64,000 nucleotides of DNA from Acidimicrobiia bacterium (GCA_036556665.1 DATBIX010000023.1:21434-85433), one strand, 5' to 3'; positions 1-9,165 are shown, numbered from the stretch's first letter. Numbers and translations are program-made. The notes: a model not told the origin generated them from the sequence alone.

Positions 1-92
1 GACTGAAGCGCCCCAGCGAGACCGCCGGCGATGGCGATCAGCACCACCCAGAGCAAGCTCATGGGTCCAGAATCGTCGATCTGCCGGCGGTT

Positions 93-1352
93 TTGGCGGA
101 TCCCGGAGATCGGCCGCCTTCCTACGATGTGACCATCGACCCGCCCGCCCATCCCCCGAGTCGGCCGACCACGCCCGGTCTCGGTCCTGCGGTGGCCACG
201 CTGGGCCTGCTCAAGTTGGTGGTGAACACCGCCTTCCGCTTCGTCTACCCGCTGCTCCCGGTCATCGCCCGCGGGCTCGGAATCGACCTGACCCAGGCCG
301 GAATGCTGGTCTCGGTGCGTTGGGCTGCCGGGCTGGCCACCCCGGCGGTGATGACCTTCTCCGGTCAGGTCCATCGCAGCCGGCGAATGACCATCGCCGG
401 CCTCGCCATCTTCTCCACCGGATCGATCGTCACCGCCTGGTCAGGAGTCTTCGTGGGCGCCGTGGTCGGATTCGCCCTGCTCGGTCTGGCCAAGCCCCTG
501 GTGGACATCAGCTCTCAGGTGTACGTCTCGGAGCGGGTCGACTACCAGCGAAGGGCCCGCTATCTCGGGGCGCTCGAGCTTGCCTGGGCGGGCGGGCTCC
601 TCATCGGGGCGCCGGTTGCCGCCTGGCTGATCGCCAACTGGTCCTGGGAGGCGCCGTTCTGGGCTCTCGGCTCGTTGGGCTTGATCTCGATCGGCCTCGC
701 ACTTCTCTTCCTCGAGCGCGACGACGACGTCTCGGCCGGTGCGGCTCGTGCGCCCGACAGCCCTGGTCGCCAGGTGACCCTGGTCCTCTTGACCATCGTC
801 CTGTTCGGATTCGCCCACGAGTCGCTCCTGGTGACGCTGGGAGGGTGGCTCGAAGGGAGCTTCGGGATGTCGCTCCTCGCCCTTGGCGGGGTCGGGACCC
901 TGATCGGCTTGTCGGAGCTGATCGGTGAGGGAGCCATGGTCGGCTTCACCGATCGGATCGGTAAGCGCAACTCGCTCGCCTTGGGGCTGGGAGTCGCCGC
1001 CATCGGCCTGTTCGGCCTGTCCGCGGCATCCGAGAGCCTGCTGCCGGCAATGGCGGCACTCGTCATCGTCACCGTCTCCTTCGAGTTCGGTTACATCTCG
1101 GCCATACCGCTCATGACCGAGCTCCGGCCTCGCGCACGGGTCCGGGTGCTGTCGCTCTCGGTCGTGGCCAGTGGAGTCGGCCGCATCGCCAGCGACTTCG
1201 TCTCGCCGCGCGTCTTCGCCGCCGGAGGGATGCAGAGGGTGGCGATCATGGCAGGCAGCATCGGCTTGATCGCCCTCTTCGTCGTCCTCACCGGGGTGCG
1301 CGAGGTGACGGCTGCTCAGCGTGTCAGGGAAGCCCGGGCGGGGAGGCTCTGA
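93..1352 (+). CDS. MFS-type major facilitator transporter
   Basis: 419 aa with about 12 predicted hydrophobic helices and a charged loop between them, as is typical of MFS transporters. Its 3' end overlaps a convergent gene by 29 nt. Confidence 0.55.
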   Translation: MADPGDRPPSYDVTIDPPAHPPSRPTTPGLGPAVATLGLLKLVVNTAFRFVYPLLPVIARGLGIDLTQAGMLVSVRWAAGLATPAVMTFSGQVHRSRRMTIAGLAIFSTGSIVTAWSGVFVGAVVGFALLGLAKPLVDISSQVYVSERVDYQRRARYLGALELAWAGGLLIGAPVAAWLIANWSWEAPFWALGSLGLISIGLALLFLERDDDVSAGAARAPDSPGRQVTLVLLTIVLFGFAHESLLVTLGGWLEGSFGMSLLALGGVGTLIGLSELIGEGAMVGFTDRIGKRNSLALGLGVAAIGLFGLSAASESLLPAMAALVIVTVSFEFGYISAIPLMTELRPRARVRVLSLSVVASGVGRIASDFVSPRVFAAGGMQRVAIMAGSIGLIALFVVLTGVREVTAAQRVREARAGRL

Positions 1353-2511
1353 GCTCGTAGTCCTCGATGGTCGACTCGAGGTATGCCATTGCCTCCTGGT
1401 AGCCATCTAGTGCCTGAGTAGTTGTATAGGCCAGCACTCTGGTCAGCCAGAGCCGGAAGGCGAGTGCCTCCCAGGCGGGGTTTCCGAGGACGAACCCGTC
1501 GAGCAGGAATCCGTGGACGTCGAACCAGGTGAGGGCGTCCATGAAGGAGAAATCGTCATCGGGAGACGAAGCCAACAGCCTCGCCCCGATCGTGCCGGGC
1601 AGCGTGCCGGCCAGTCTCGCCTCGGCTTGGCTCCACTCCGCTCCGAGGAGGCGCCGGGTCCCTTCGATGTCGTAGGCAACAGTTCGGCTCAGATCGGCGG
1701 GCGCCGGTGTGGGTGGGTCGCTGGCGTGAGCCGACCCCGGCGGGGGCGGCGGCAGCCCCCGCAGCGAGGCGACCGAGTCGAGGCACTCGAGGAGCATGTC
1801 GCGCAGCTCGTCGAGCGACCCGTAGAGGGCATGTCGCTTTCCATCGGGCACGTGGTGCTCGTAGAGCCCGAGGCCGAGGACCGACGAGGCATAGGTGAGG
1901 ATCGTGTCGATCCCCCAGTCCGATCGGCGGCGAACCAGGTCGGATGTGCCCAGGGACTCGAGAGCGGGCCGGGTGAGGAGGATCTCGCCGCCGAGAGGCT
2001 GGTTCAGCCTGGGGAGGAGCGTCCCGGGGAAGATACGGGCCAGTCCCGGTCTGGTGATCATCCAGGTGATCATGGCGTCGGTCGCCGCTCGGGGGAACCG
2101 ATGCCTGACCACCCCGTAGCCCCGGTCGGCGGCCCGCTCGGCGCCCTCGATCCAGGTCGAGTCGAAGTTGGTGATGTCGGCGTCGTAGAAGTGGGCCCGC
2201 TCCCGGCCCTGGCCGGCGGCGCGGTGGATGGCCGTGTTCATGGCATCGCCCTTCCCCGGGCGGAGGGCTCCGATCCGCTCCTGTTCCATGACCAGCACCG
2301 GCTTGCCGGTCTCGACCGAGATCGCCCGTGCCAGCTTGGCCACCCGGGACGGGCCGTCTCCCATCTCGGCAGCCACGGCCCAGACTTCGTCGACCGACTC
2401 GTGCCGCGCCGCGGTGGCGAGGTTCGACGCCACGAGATCGGGCGCCTCGGCCTTGAACGGGATGACGACGAGGCTCACGGCGGCGAGCCTAGGAAGGTCC
2501 CAACCTGTCAC
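1324..2511 (-). CDS. GT81-like glycosyltransferase (glucosyl/mannosyl-3-phosphoglycerate synthase-like) with C-terminal extension
   Basis: 'VVIPFKAE', 'PGKGDAMNTAI', 'DADITNFDS' (DxD) and 'GGEILLTRPAL' resemble GpgS/MpgS motifs. About 150 aa of C-terminal extension. GTG start, exact start uncertain. Confidence 0.45.
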   Translation of the reverse strand: MTGWDLPRLAAVSLVVIPFKAEAPDLVASNLATAARHESVDEVWAVAAEMGDGPSRVAKLARAISVETGKPVLVMEQERIGALRPGKGDAMNTAIHRAAGQGRERAHFYDADITNFDSTWIEGAERAADRGYGVVRHRFPRAATDAMITWMITRPGLARIFPGTLLPRLNQPLGGEILLTRPALESLGTSDLVRRRSDWGIDTILTYASSVLGLGLYEHHVPDGKRHALYGSLDELRDMLLECLDSVASLRGLPPPPPGSAHASDPPTPAPADLSRTVAYDIEGTRRLLGAEWSQAEARLAGTLPGTIGARLLASSPDDDFSFMDALTWFDVHGFLLDGFVLGNPAWEALAFRLWLTRVLAYTTTQALDGYQEAMAYLESTIEDYELRASPPGLP

Positions 2512-2533
2512 GGTCGGGGTCTACGCTCGCCCC

Positions 2534-4201
2534 ATGGAGGAGATGGTCGGTCGGGTCCTGGGGACCGTCGATGCCACGCCACTCGAGTTCTGGGTCGGTG
2601 TGGCCGAGGGCGAGTACCTCGAGCTCGACGACGTGGTGGCCTTGGAGCGGGTGCTCCCCACCGGCGAGCTGGTAAAGATATTCGGGACGATCAGCCAGGT
2701 GCGCGCCCGGCACGAGGGCGCCCGGTTCGACTCCGATGTGTTCCTGATCGAAGACGGAGTGCTTCCGGCCGAGGTGGTCGAGGCCGCCCAGGTGACCGCG
2801 ACCAGAGTGGAGCCCGAGATCTTCGTCCCACCCCGCCCCGGCCAGCCCGTTCGCCGGGCCCATGGTCAGGAGCGCGACCAGGCGCTCTTCTTCGATCGCA
2901 TGGAGCGGCGCTTCCCGGTGGGCGCCTCCAGGAGCGGTGAGCCGATGTTCGCCAACTTCGAGTTCCTGAACGGCCAGCGCGGAGCGCACGTCAACATCTC
3001 GGGGGTGTCAGGGGTAGCGACCAAGACCAGCTATGCCACCTTCCTTCTCCACTCGCTGTTCACCTCTGGCGTGCTCGGGGCGGCCGCGGTGAACACCCAG
3101 GCCCTCATCTTCAACGTCAAGGGCGAGGATCTGCTCCACATCGACCGGCCCAACACGAGTCTCGACGACGACAACAGACGTCGCTACGCCGTCATCGGCC
3201 TGCCGTCCGCCCCTTTCGCCTCGGTGGGCCTGTTCGCCCCGCCCAGACCCGGCTCCGACCGTGCCGTGGCCGACGTGAGCTCCAGATCCGACGTCACCTC
3301 CTTCTTCTGGACCCTCGCCGACTTCTGTCATGAGGACCTCATGGTGTTCCTCTTCGCCGATGCCGAGGACGAGAGGGCCCAGTACACGATGGTCGTCTAC
3401 AACGTGATGGCCCGGTTGCGACAGGCGGAAGCCGGTGACGGTGGGTCGGTCCGCATCGAGGGAGAGACGGTGCGCACTTTTCGCGACCTGGTCGATCTGA
3501 TCACCCGGAAGGTGCAGGACGACTCGAGCAGCGAATGGGCCGGGCCCCACATCGGGCAGGGCACGGTCAACGCCTTCGTCCGCCGCCTTCAGGGGGCGGT
3601 CCGGCACGTCGAACGTCTGATCCGGGGCGACGTGGCCGGTCCGGAAAGGCACCGGATCCAGGTCCAGGGCCACCAGGTGACGGTCGTGGACCTGCACAAC
3701 TTGAACGACCGGGCCAAGCGGTTCGTGGTCGGCGTGACGGTGCGCAGGGCGTTCGAGGACAAGGAGCGGGCCGGGCAGTCGGAGGAGCTGCTCTTCCTCG
3801 TCCTCGACGAGCTGAACAAGTACGCCCCACGGGAGGGGGCGAGCCCGATCAAGGAGGTGCTCCTCGACGTGGCCGAACGGGGCCGGTCGCTCGGAGTCGT
3901 CCTCATCGGAGCCCAGCAGACGGCCTCCGAGGTGGAGCGCAGGATCATTGCCAACTCCTCGATTCGGGTCGTGGGGCGGCTCGACTCGGCCGAGGCCTCA
4001 CGTGAGGAGTACGGGTTTCTCCCCGCTGCCCAACGCCAGCGCGCCACCATCCTCAAACCAGGGACGATGCTCCTGGCTCAACCGGAGATCCCCGTCCCGC
4101 TGGTAGTCGAGTTCCCCTTCCCCGCCTGGGCCACCAGGGCCTCGGAAGCCGGGGGCGGACCTCCCGGTGAGGGCCCGCCCGATCCATTCCAGGACCTCTG
4201 A
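2534..4201 (+). CDS. herA: HerA-like hexameric ATPase/helicase (HAS-barrel + FtsK/HerA ATPase core)
   Basis: N-terminal HAS-barrel-like segment ('GRVLGTVDATPLEFWVG...LVKIFGTISQV'). Walker B and HerA signature 'LLFLVLDELNKYAP...VAERGRSLGVVLIGAQQTASEVERRIIANSSIRVVGRLD'. Start placed at MEEMVG because the longer upstream ORF is antisense to the neighbouring gene. Confidence 0.65.
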   Translation: MEEMVGRVLGTVDATPLEFWVGVAEGEYLELDDVVALERVLPTGELVKIFGTISQVRARHEGARFDSDVFLIEDGVLPAEVVEAAQVTATRVEPEIFVPPRPGQPVRRAHGQERDQALFFDRMERRFPVGASRSGEPMFANFEFLNGQRGAHVNISGVSGVATKTSYATFLLHSLFTSGVLGAAAVNTQALIFNVKGEDLLHIDRPNTSLDDDNRRRYAVIGLPSAPFASVGLFAPPRPGSDRAVADVSSRSDVTSFFWTLADFCHEDLMVFLFADAEDERAQYTMVVYNVMARLRQAEAGDGGSVRIEGETVRTFRDLVDLITRKVQDDSSSEWAGPHIGQGTVNAFVRRLQGAVRHVERLIRGDVAGPERHRIQVQGHQVTVVDLHNLNDRAKRFVVGVTVRRAFEDKERAGQSEELLFLVLDELNKYAPREGASPIKEVLLDVAERGRSLGVVLIGAQQTASEVERRIIANSSIRVVGRLDSAEASREEYGFLPAAQRQRATILKPGTMLLAQPEIPVPLVVEFPFPAWATRASEAGGGPPGEGPPDPFQDL

Positions 4202-4265
4202 CCGGTACCCGATTCTGTCCCGGCCCGGTCCTACGATCGGGACCAATGACGGTGGCCAGGCGGCG

Positions 4266-5396
4266 ATGAGACTGCTTCACACCTCGGATTGGCACGTGGG
4301 GAGGAAGATCCGGGGCCGCTCCCGGGCGGATGAGCACCGGGCGGTCCTGGCCGAGATCGCCTCGATCGCGCGGGATCGCCGGGTCGAGCTCTCCATCGTG
4401 GCCGGCGACCTCTTCGACGTCTCCTCGCCCTCACCAGACGACGAATCGATCGTCTACCGCGCTCTCCTCGATCTCGCCGAGGTCGGCCCCGTCCTGATTC
4501 TGGGAGGCAACCACGACAGCGCGGCCCGCCTCGAGGCGGTGAAGCCCCTCCTCGACCTGGGCCGGGTCGACGTGGTGGCCCGGCCTGCCCTGCCGGGAGA
4601 GGGGGGATTGCGCTCCTACCCGACCCTCGGTCTCGAGGTCGCCTGCATCCCGTTCATCTCACAGCGAGGGATCGTGAAGGCGGAGCAGCTGATGGCCCAG
4701 GATCCCGACCAACATGCCCAGAGCTTCGAGGAACGTCTTCGCAGGATCATCGAGATCCTCACCGGAGACATGGGCACCGACACGGTGAACGTGGTCGCCG
4801 GTCATCTCACCGTCTACGGGGCTGAGAGAGGAGGCGGCGAACGCGAGTCGCACATCTTCGGATACGCCGTCCCGCCCCAGGCCTTTCCCGGGCACCTCTC
4901 CTACGTCGCCCTGGGGCACTTCCATCGCCAGCAGCGGATCGCCGCGCCCGCTCCGGTCTGGTACAGCGGTTCGCCGCTGCAGCTCGACTTCGGCGAGGCC
5001 GGTGATCGAAAGGGCGTCCTGATCGTCGACGCCGAGCCGGGCCGACCTGCCTCGATCGAGTCGGTCCCGGTCGGCGCCGGGACTGCGCTGGTGCAGCTGG
5101 AAGGGACCCTTGCCCAGGTGCTGGCGCGGGCTCCCGAAGTCGAAGGCGCCTATGTGAGGGTCGTCTTGGACGAGAAGGCGCGCACCGGTTTGAACGAGGA
5201 GGTTCGTGCGGCCATCCCGGGGGCGGTCGACGTGGTGATCGCCCGGCAGGAGGTGATCCGACGGGGGGCGCCGGTCGGTCGGTCCGGAAGATCACCGGTC
5301 GAGCTGCTCGAGTCGTACCTCGCCTCGCGCCAGGTGGATGACCCGGCTGTGGTCGAGTTGTTCCGCATCCTCGAGCAGGAGGTGGCGGAGAGGTGA
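4266..5396 (+). CDS. sbcD: SbcD/Mre11-family DNA double-strand break repair nuclease
   Basis: 'MRLLHTSDWHVG', 'AGDLFD' and 'LGGNHDS' calcineurin-like phosphoesterase motifs. 4-nt overlap with the downstream sbcC. Confidence 0.8.
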   Translation: MRLLHTSDWHVGRKIRGRSRADEHRAVLAEIASIARDRRVELSIVAGDLFDVSSPSPDDESIVYRALLDLAEVGPVLILGGNHDSAARLEAVKPLLDLGRVDVVARPALPGEGGLRSYPTLGLEVACIPFISQRGIVKAEQLMAQDPDQHAQSFEERLRRIIEILTGDMGTDTVNVVAGHLTVYGAERGGGERESHIFGYAVPPQAFPGHLSYVALGHFHRQQRIAAPAPVWYSGSPLQLDFGEAGDRKGVLIVDAEPGRPASIESVPVGAGTALVQLEGTLAQVLARAPEVEGAYVRVVLDEKARTGLNEEVRAAIPGAVDVVIARQEVIRRGAPVGRSGRSPVELLESYLASRQVDDPAVVELFRILEQEVAER

Positions 5397-7726
5397 GGCC
5401 GCGCCGCCTGACAATGGAAGGGTTCCTCGCCTATCGGGACCGGATCGAGGTCGATTTCACCGACGCCGACCTCTTCGTTCTCTCCGGGACCACCGGGGCC
5501 GGTAAGTCGAGCGTCATCGACGCCATGACCTTCGCCCTCTACGGGTCCATCCCGAGACTCGACGACAGACGCGCCGTCGCCCCGGTGATCTCGGCCAGAT
5601 CCGACCGGGCCCGGGTCGCCTTCGAGTTCTCGGTCGGTGATGAGGTCTACACCGTCGCCCGCCTGGTGGAGCGTCGTGGCCGGGGGGCGACCACGACGGA
5701 GGCCCGGCTCGAACGCGGGGCAGGGGCCGAGCCGATCGCCGCGGGCGCCGACGAGGTCAGCACCGAGGTGGTCAGGCTCCTGGGTCTCACGTACGACCAC
5801 TTCACCAAAGCCGTCGTCCTCCCTCAGGGTGCCTTCGCCGACTTCCTCACCGACAAGCCGAGGGATCGGCAAGCGCTGCTCCGTGCCTTGCTCGACATCG
5901 AGCTCTTCGAGCAGGTCATGCAGCTGGCCAATCTCAAGGCCCGAACCTCGGAGGGCAAGGCTCAGGCGCTGGCGGAGAGCCTGGCCAAGCTCGAGGTTCC
6001 GAGCGTCGAGCAGATCGAGCAGGTGCGGCAACGTCTGGATGCGGCGGCGGCCGCGGTCGACGAGCTTCCCACCCGGGTGGAAGCGGTCAGGGAGGCAGAG
6101 AGTCTCGCTTCGGCAGCGATGGCTGGGCGCGATGCGGCCGGGGAGGCCCTCGCCGGCCTCCAGACCGCGATTCCGCCCGCCAACCTGGCCACACTGGACC
6201 AGGACCGGGCCGCGGCGATGAAATGCATCGACGACGGTCTGGCCAAGCTGGCCTCGAACGAGGCGGAGGTAGCCGCGATCGACCGGGCTTTGGGCCTCCA
6301 GCCGGAGAGGGCCCGACTCCAAGCCTGGTTGAGTCACCGGGAGCAACTCGAGCGCCTCACCGCTCAGAGGACCTCGCTCGACCTGCCGGGTCTCGCCGGC
6401 CGGGTCGAGACGACTGCGACCGACCGCGACCGGGGGCGGGCCGAGCTCGACCGGCTCCGTTTCGAGAACGCCGCCCATGAGCTCAGGCTCGGCCTGGAAG
6501 CAGGAGACGAGTGCCCGGTATGCCACGGCGTCATCGGGGCGGTCGCCACCGACGACGGCTTTTCCATCGAGGCCCTGGAGCGCCTCTCCGCCGAGGTGGC
6601 GGGGCTGGAGACCACCGCCGCGGAGGCTCGGGATCGGCTCAAGGAGGCCGAGGGAGAGGCAAAGCAGATCGACGACCGGGGGCGAGAGATCGCGGAGTCC
6701 CTGAGCGACGCCCCGGATGTGGGGGCCCTCGTTGCGAGCTTGGCCGAGGTCGACCGCTTGCAGGCGGCGAGAGCGGAGGCCGAGGTGGCGATGGAGAGCG
6801 CCCGACGACAGTTGGTGGAGGCCCGAGAGGTTGCAGCCGGCCTCGATCGTGAGGCGTCGAGTCTGCGCGAGTCGCTCCTCGCCGCCCGCGACCGGGTGTC
6901 GGCGGAGAGCCCTCCGATACCCGGGGAGGACGTGGTCCTGGGGTGGCGGGATTTCGACTCGTGGCGAGAGGAGCGAATCCGGGAGAGGTCTGCCCAACTC
7001 GAGGTCCTGAAGGGAGCAGCCGAGCACGCCCGGGAGGCTGCCGAGACCGTGGCGCGCGGGATGGAAGAATGGCTGAGATCGCTCGGGGTGGACCCGACCG
7101 GATCCCCCGAGACCGACCTCGCCCTCGAGGTGGAGAAACGGCGAGTCGAGATCGCCGAGCTGGAGAGGACCCTTGCCTACGCGGATGAGCTGTCCCGTGA
7201 ATTGGAGGCGGAGGAGAGCGCGGCACGGGTGGCCGCATCTCTCGGCCACCATCTGCGCGCCAACAACTTCGAGGCCTGGCTGCTGGAGGAGGCCATGGAG
7301 ACACTGGTCGACGGAGCCAACCGGCTGCTCGGTGACCTCACCGACGGCGCCTACTCCCTTCTTTCCACCGACAGCCAGTTCGAAGTGGTCGATCATCGCA
7401 ATGCGGACCTGATCCGCACCACGAGAGGCCTCTCGGGTGGTGAGACGTTCCTGGTAGCCCTCTCCCTGTCCCTCTCCATGGCAGAGCAGCTCGCAGAGCT
7501 GACCGGGACCACCTCCCGTCTCGAGTCGGTCTTCCTCGACGAGGGCTTCGGGTCACTCGACTCCGAGTCCCTCGACCTGGTCGCCGCCGTGCTCGATGAG
7601 TTGGTGGGGAGGGGGCGCACCGTCGGAATCGTGACCCACGTCAGGGAGCTGGCCGAGCGAATACCGACCCGGTTCGAGGTCAGCAAGGGACCGGAAACGG
7701 CGTCGATCACCCGGGTGGAGGCATGA
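5393..7726 (+). CDS. sbcC: SbcC/Rad50-family SMC-like ATPase
   Basis: N-terminal 'FVLSGTTGAGKSSVIDAMTFALYG' Walker A. Long Ala/Glu/Arg-rich coiled coil with a central 'CPVCHG' zinc hook. C-terminal 'LSGGETFLVALSLSLS' signature and 'VFLDEGFGSLD' Walker B/D-loop. Confidence 0.8.
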   Translation: MRPRRLTMEGFLAYRDRIEVDFTDADLFVLSGTTGAGKSSVIDAMTFALYGSIPRLDDRRAVAPVISARSDRARVAFEFSVGDEVYTVARLVERRGRGATTTEARLERGAGAEPIAAGADEVSTEVVRLLGLTYDHFTKAVVLPQGAFADFLTDKPRDRQALLRALLDIELFEQVMQLANLKARTSEGKAQALAESLAKLEVPSVEQIEQVRQRLDAAAAAVDELPTRVEAVREAESLASAAMAGRDAAGEALAGLQTAIPPANLATLDQDRAAAMKCIDDGLAKLASNEAEVAAIDRALGLQPERARLQAWLSHREQLERLTAQRTSLDLPGLAGRVETTATDRDRGRAELDRLRFENAAHELRLGLEAGDECPVCHGVIGAVATDDGFSIEALERLSAEVAGLETTAAEARDRLKEAEGEAKQIDDRGREIAESLSDAPDVGALVASLAEVDRLQAARAEAEVAMESARRQLVEAREVAAGLDREASSLRESLLAARDRVSAESPPIPGEDVVLGWRDFDSWREERIRERSAQLEVLKGAAEHAREAAETVARGMEEWLRSLGVDPTGSPETDLALEVEKRRVEIAELERTLAYADELSRELEAEESAARVAASLGHHLRANNFEAWLLEEAMETLVDGANRLLGDLTDGAYSLLSTDSQFEVVDHRNADLIRTTRGLSGGETFLVALSLSLSMAEQLAELTGTTSRLESVFLDEGFGSLDSESLDLVAAVLDELVGRGRTVGIVTHVRELAERIPTRFEVSKGPETASITRVEA

Positions 7727-8628
7727 GATTCACCGTGGAGGCATGGGACCCCGACTACGGGTCTCCTTCGGAGGCCGACCTGGCCGACTCGACCGAGAAC
7801 GTAGACCCGTCGGTCGAGCTTGCGACGGACCAATGGCGCGCTCTTCTCCCCGATTGCGGTCCGGCTCCAGACGTCCTCTTCGTCGACGGGGTGAGGCGGG
7901 TGGATGCCAACCTGTGGATCGACCGAAACGAGCAGTTTCCCGGGTTCGGGCTGGCTGCCACTTTCGCCGCCGGCGCCGTTCGCTGCAACGGGGTGGCCAG
8001 GGTCGTGGCGGCCGCGGTCAAACGGGGCATATTCACAGCGGTCGACGCCGAGCCTGTCGACACGTCGATGGGACGCTACGAGATCATGACCACCAGGGGC
8101 TCCACCCCGGAGGAGCTGTGGCTGGGGATCCAAGAGCGCATGGGCGACCTCGAAGGGGAGATCGCCGAAGCGCAGGCCGGAGCCGCCCTGGTCGTCGTGG
8201 ACGGGCCCCTGTCACACCGACGTCACGTCGCAGGCGCAGTGGGGTACGTCAAGACCCAACATGTCCAGTACCTGCCTGACGAGCTCAGGGCCACCCTGAC
8301 CTCCCTGCCGGTCGGTCATCGGACTCCACTCTTCCTCACCACGACCTCGTGGAGCAGGTTCTCCTGGTATGTGAGGCTGGCCAACGGCTCGGGCCCGGCC
8401 GGAGGGTTGGCCCGGTGTGAGGTCAAGGCCGACCTGCCGGTTGGCGAGGCGGCCAGGCTCGCCCATGTGGTGACGGCCACGCTGCCCCGCTACGCGTCGG
8501 CTCGTCACAAGGACCCGCGCGCCCCGCAGAACCTGTACCCGATCGGAGGTCTCGAGCGCGAGTTGCGACGCCGCCTCGGTGACAAGGAGCTGGCGATCCG
8601 GGCGCTGCGCTCCTCGGCAGCTGCCTAG
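7723..8628 (+). CDS. NurA-like nuclease candidate (fourth gene of the herA-sbcDC cluster)
   Basis: Translationally coupled to sbcC (4-nt overlap). 'VLFVDGVRRVD' and 'LVVVDGPLSH' resemble the NurA DG(S/T) catalytic motifs. Sequence is otherwise divergent and the operon position fits NurA. Confidence 0.45.
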   Translation: MRFTVEAWDPDYGSPSEADLADSTENVDPSVELATDQWRALLPDCGPAPDVLFVDGVRRVDANLWIDRNEQFPGFGLAATFAAGAVRCNGVARVVAAAVKRGIFTAVDAEPVDTSMGRYEIMTTRGSTPEELWLGIQERMGDLEGEIAEAQAGAALVVVDGPLSHRRHVAGAVGYVKTQHVQYLPDELRATLTSLPVGHRTPLFLTTTSWSRFSWYVRLANGSGPAGGLARCEVKADLPVGEAARLAHVVTATLPRYASARHKDPRAPQNLYPIGGLERELRRRLGDKELAIRALRSSAAA

Positions 8629-8642
8629 CGGCTTTCCGGGGG

Positions 8643-8680
8643 CGCGACGAGGGGGCGGTGGCACCGCCCCCTCGCGCGCT
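8643..8680. terminator. GC-rich imperfect hairpin between convergent genes (candidate bidirectional terminator)
   Basis: 'gggggcggtg' (8652-8661) pairs with 'caccgccccc' (8663-8672), and flanking 'gcgc' arms extend the stem to about 18 bp with one bulge. No U-tract follows. Confidence 0.35.
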
Positions 8681-8748
8681 GTGTGGAGGACCGCACTGAC
8701 TTGCAGTTGCGGCCGGTCTGCATTCGGGAGGAATGCTTCTCGTTGGGT

Positions 8749-9165
8749 CTATTTCCGTTCCACCCGAGGTGTGTCAGGAATGTCGCCCAGGCGAATGGCC
8801 GTGACTCCGACCGCGGCGACCAGGTCGTCCGATGCAACGAGCAAGTCGGCCCTCGGTGCTTCGACCACCACTGATCGAGCGGACGGCGCAGCCAGGGGAG
8901 CGTCGGCAGGGCTCGGGTCTCTCATGGTCGCCGGGGCCACCCCCACCGCCACGATCACTGCCATTGAGGTGAGGACCATGGCTCCACTCTGCAAGGTCGG
9001 CCGGAGCACGCTGCGGAAGGAGCGAGCCAAGCGGTGGAGCAGGCCGGAGACCCGGCGCCGCCGGCGGCTGAGGGCCTCCTCTCGAAGCAGGCGTTCGAGC
9101 GCATCTTCATAGTCGTCGAGGTGCATCGCCCCGGGTCGGCGCATCTCAGAGGGCATATCCGGCAT
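8749..9165 (-). CDS. putative anti-sigma factor (single-pass membrane protein)
   Basis: Starts 20 nt inside the 3' end of the ECF sigma gene. One TM segment 'AMVLTSMAVIVAVGVAPA'. The longer ORF 8749..9642 was rejected as an out-of-frame overlap with the sigma gene. Confidence 0.4.
   Translation of the reverse strand: MPDMPSEMRRPGAMHLDDYEDALERLLREEALSRRRRRVSGLLHRLARSFRSVLRPTLQSGAMVLTSMAVIVAVGVAPATMRDPSPADAPLAAPSARSVVVEAPRADLLVASDDLVAAVGVTAIRLGDIPDTPRVERK

Noticed and set aside
2228-2533. Long N-terminal extension of the herA ORF (start at 2228)
   Set aside because: The extension is antisense to the glycosyltransferase gene on the other strand. It is Arg/Ser/Ala-rich with no domain character. 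The HAS-barrel begins right after the internal Met at 2534, which is taken as the start.
5150-7396. 748-aa ORF antisense to sbcC, and similar long antisense ORFs (16166..18223 opposite gcvP, 22956..24380 opposite menD, 28378..29355, 37465..38715, 53829..54944)
   Set aside because: Typical high-GC artefacts. They are Arg/Gly/Pro-rich, show no motifs, and each lies exactly opposite a well-supported gene.
2534-8628. Interpretation of the HerA–SbcD–SbcC–nuclease cluster as an anti-phage defence island
   Set aside because: Flanked on both sides by housekeeping genes. No integrase, tRNA, toxin–antitoxin or restriction–modification neighbours. SbcC has a canonical zinc hook. A chromosomal repair role is the simpler reading, though defence cannot be excluded from sequence alone.
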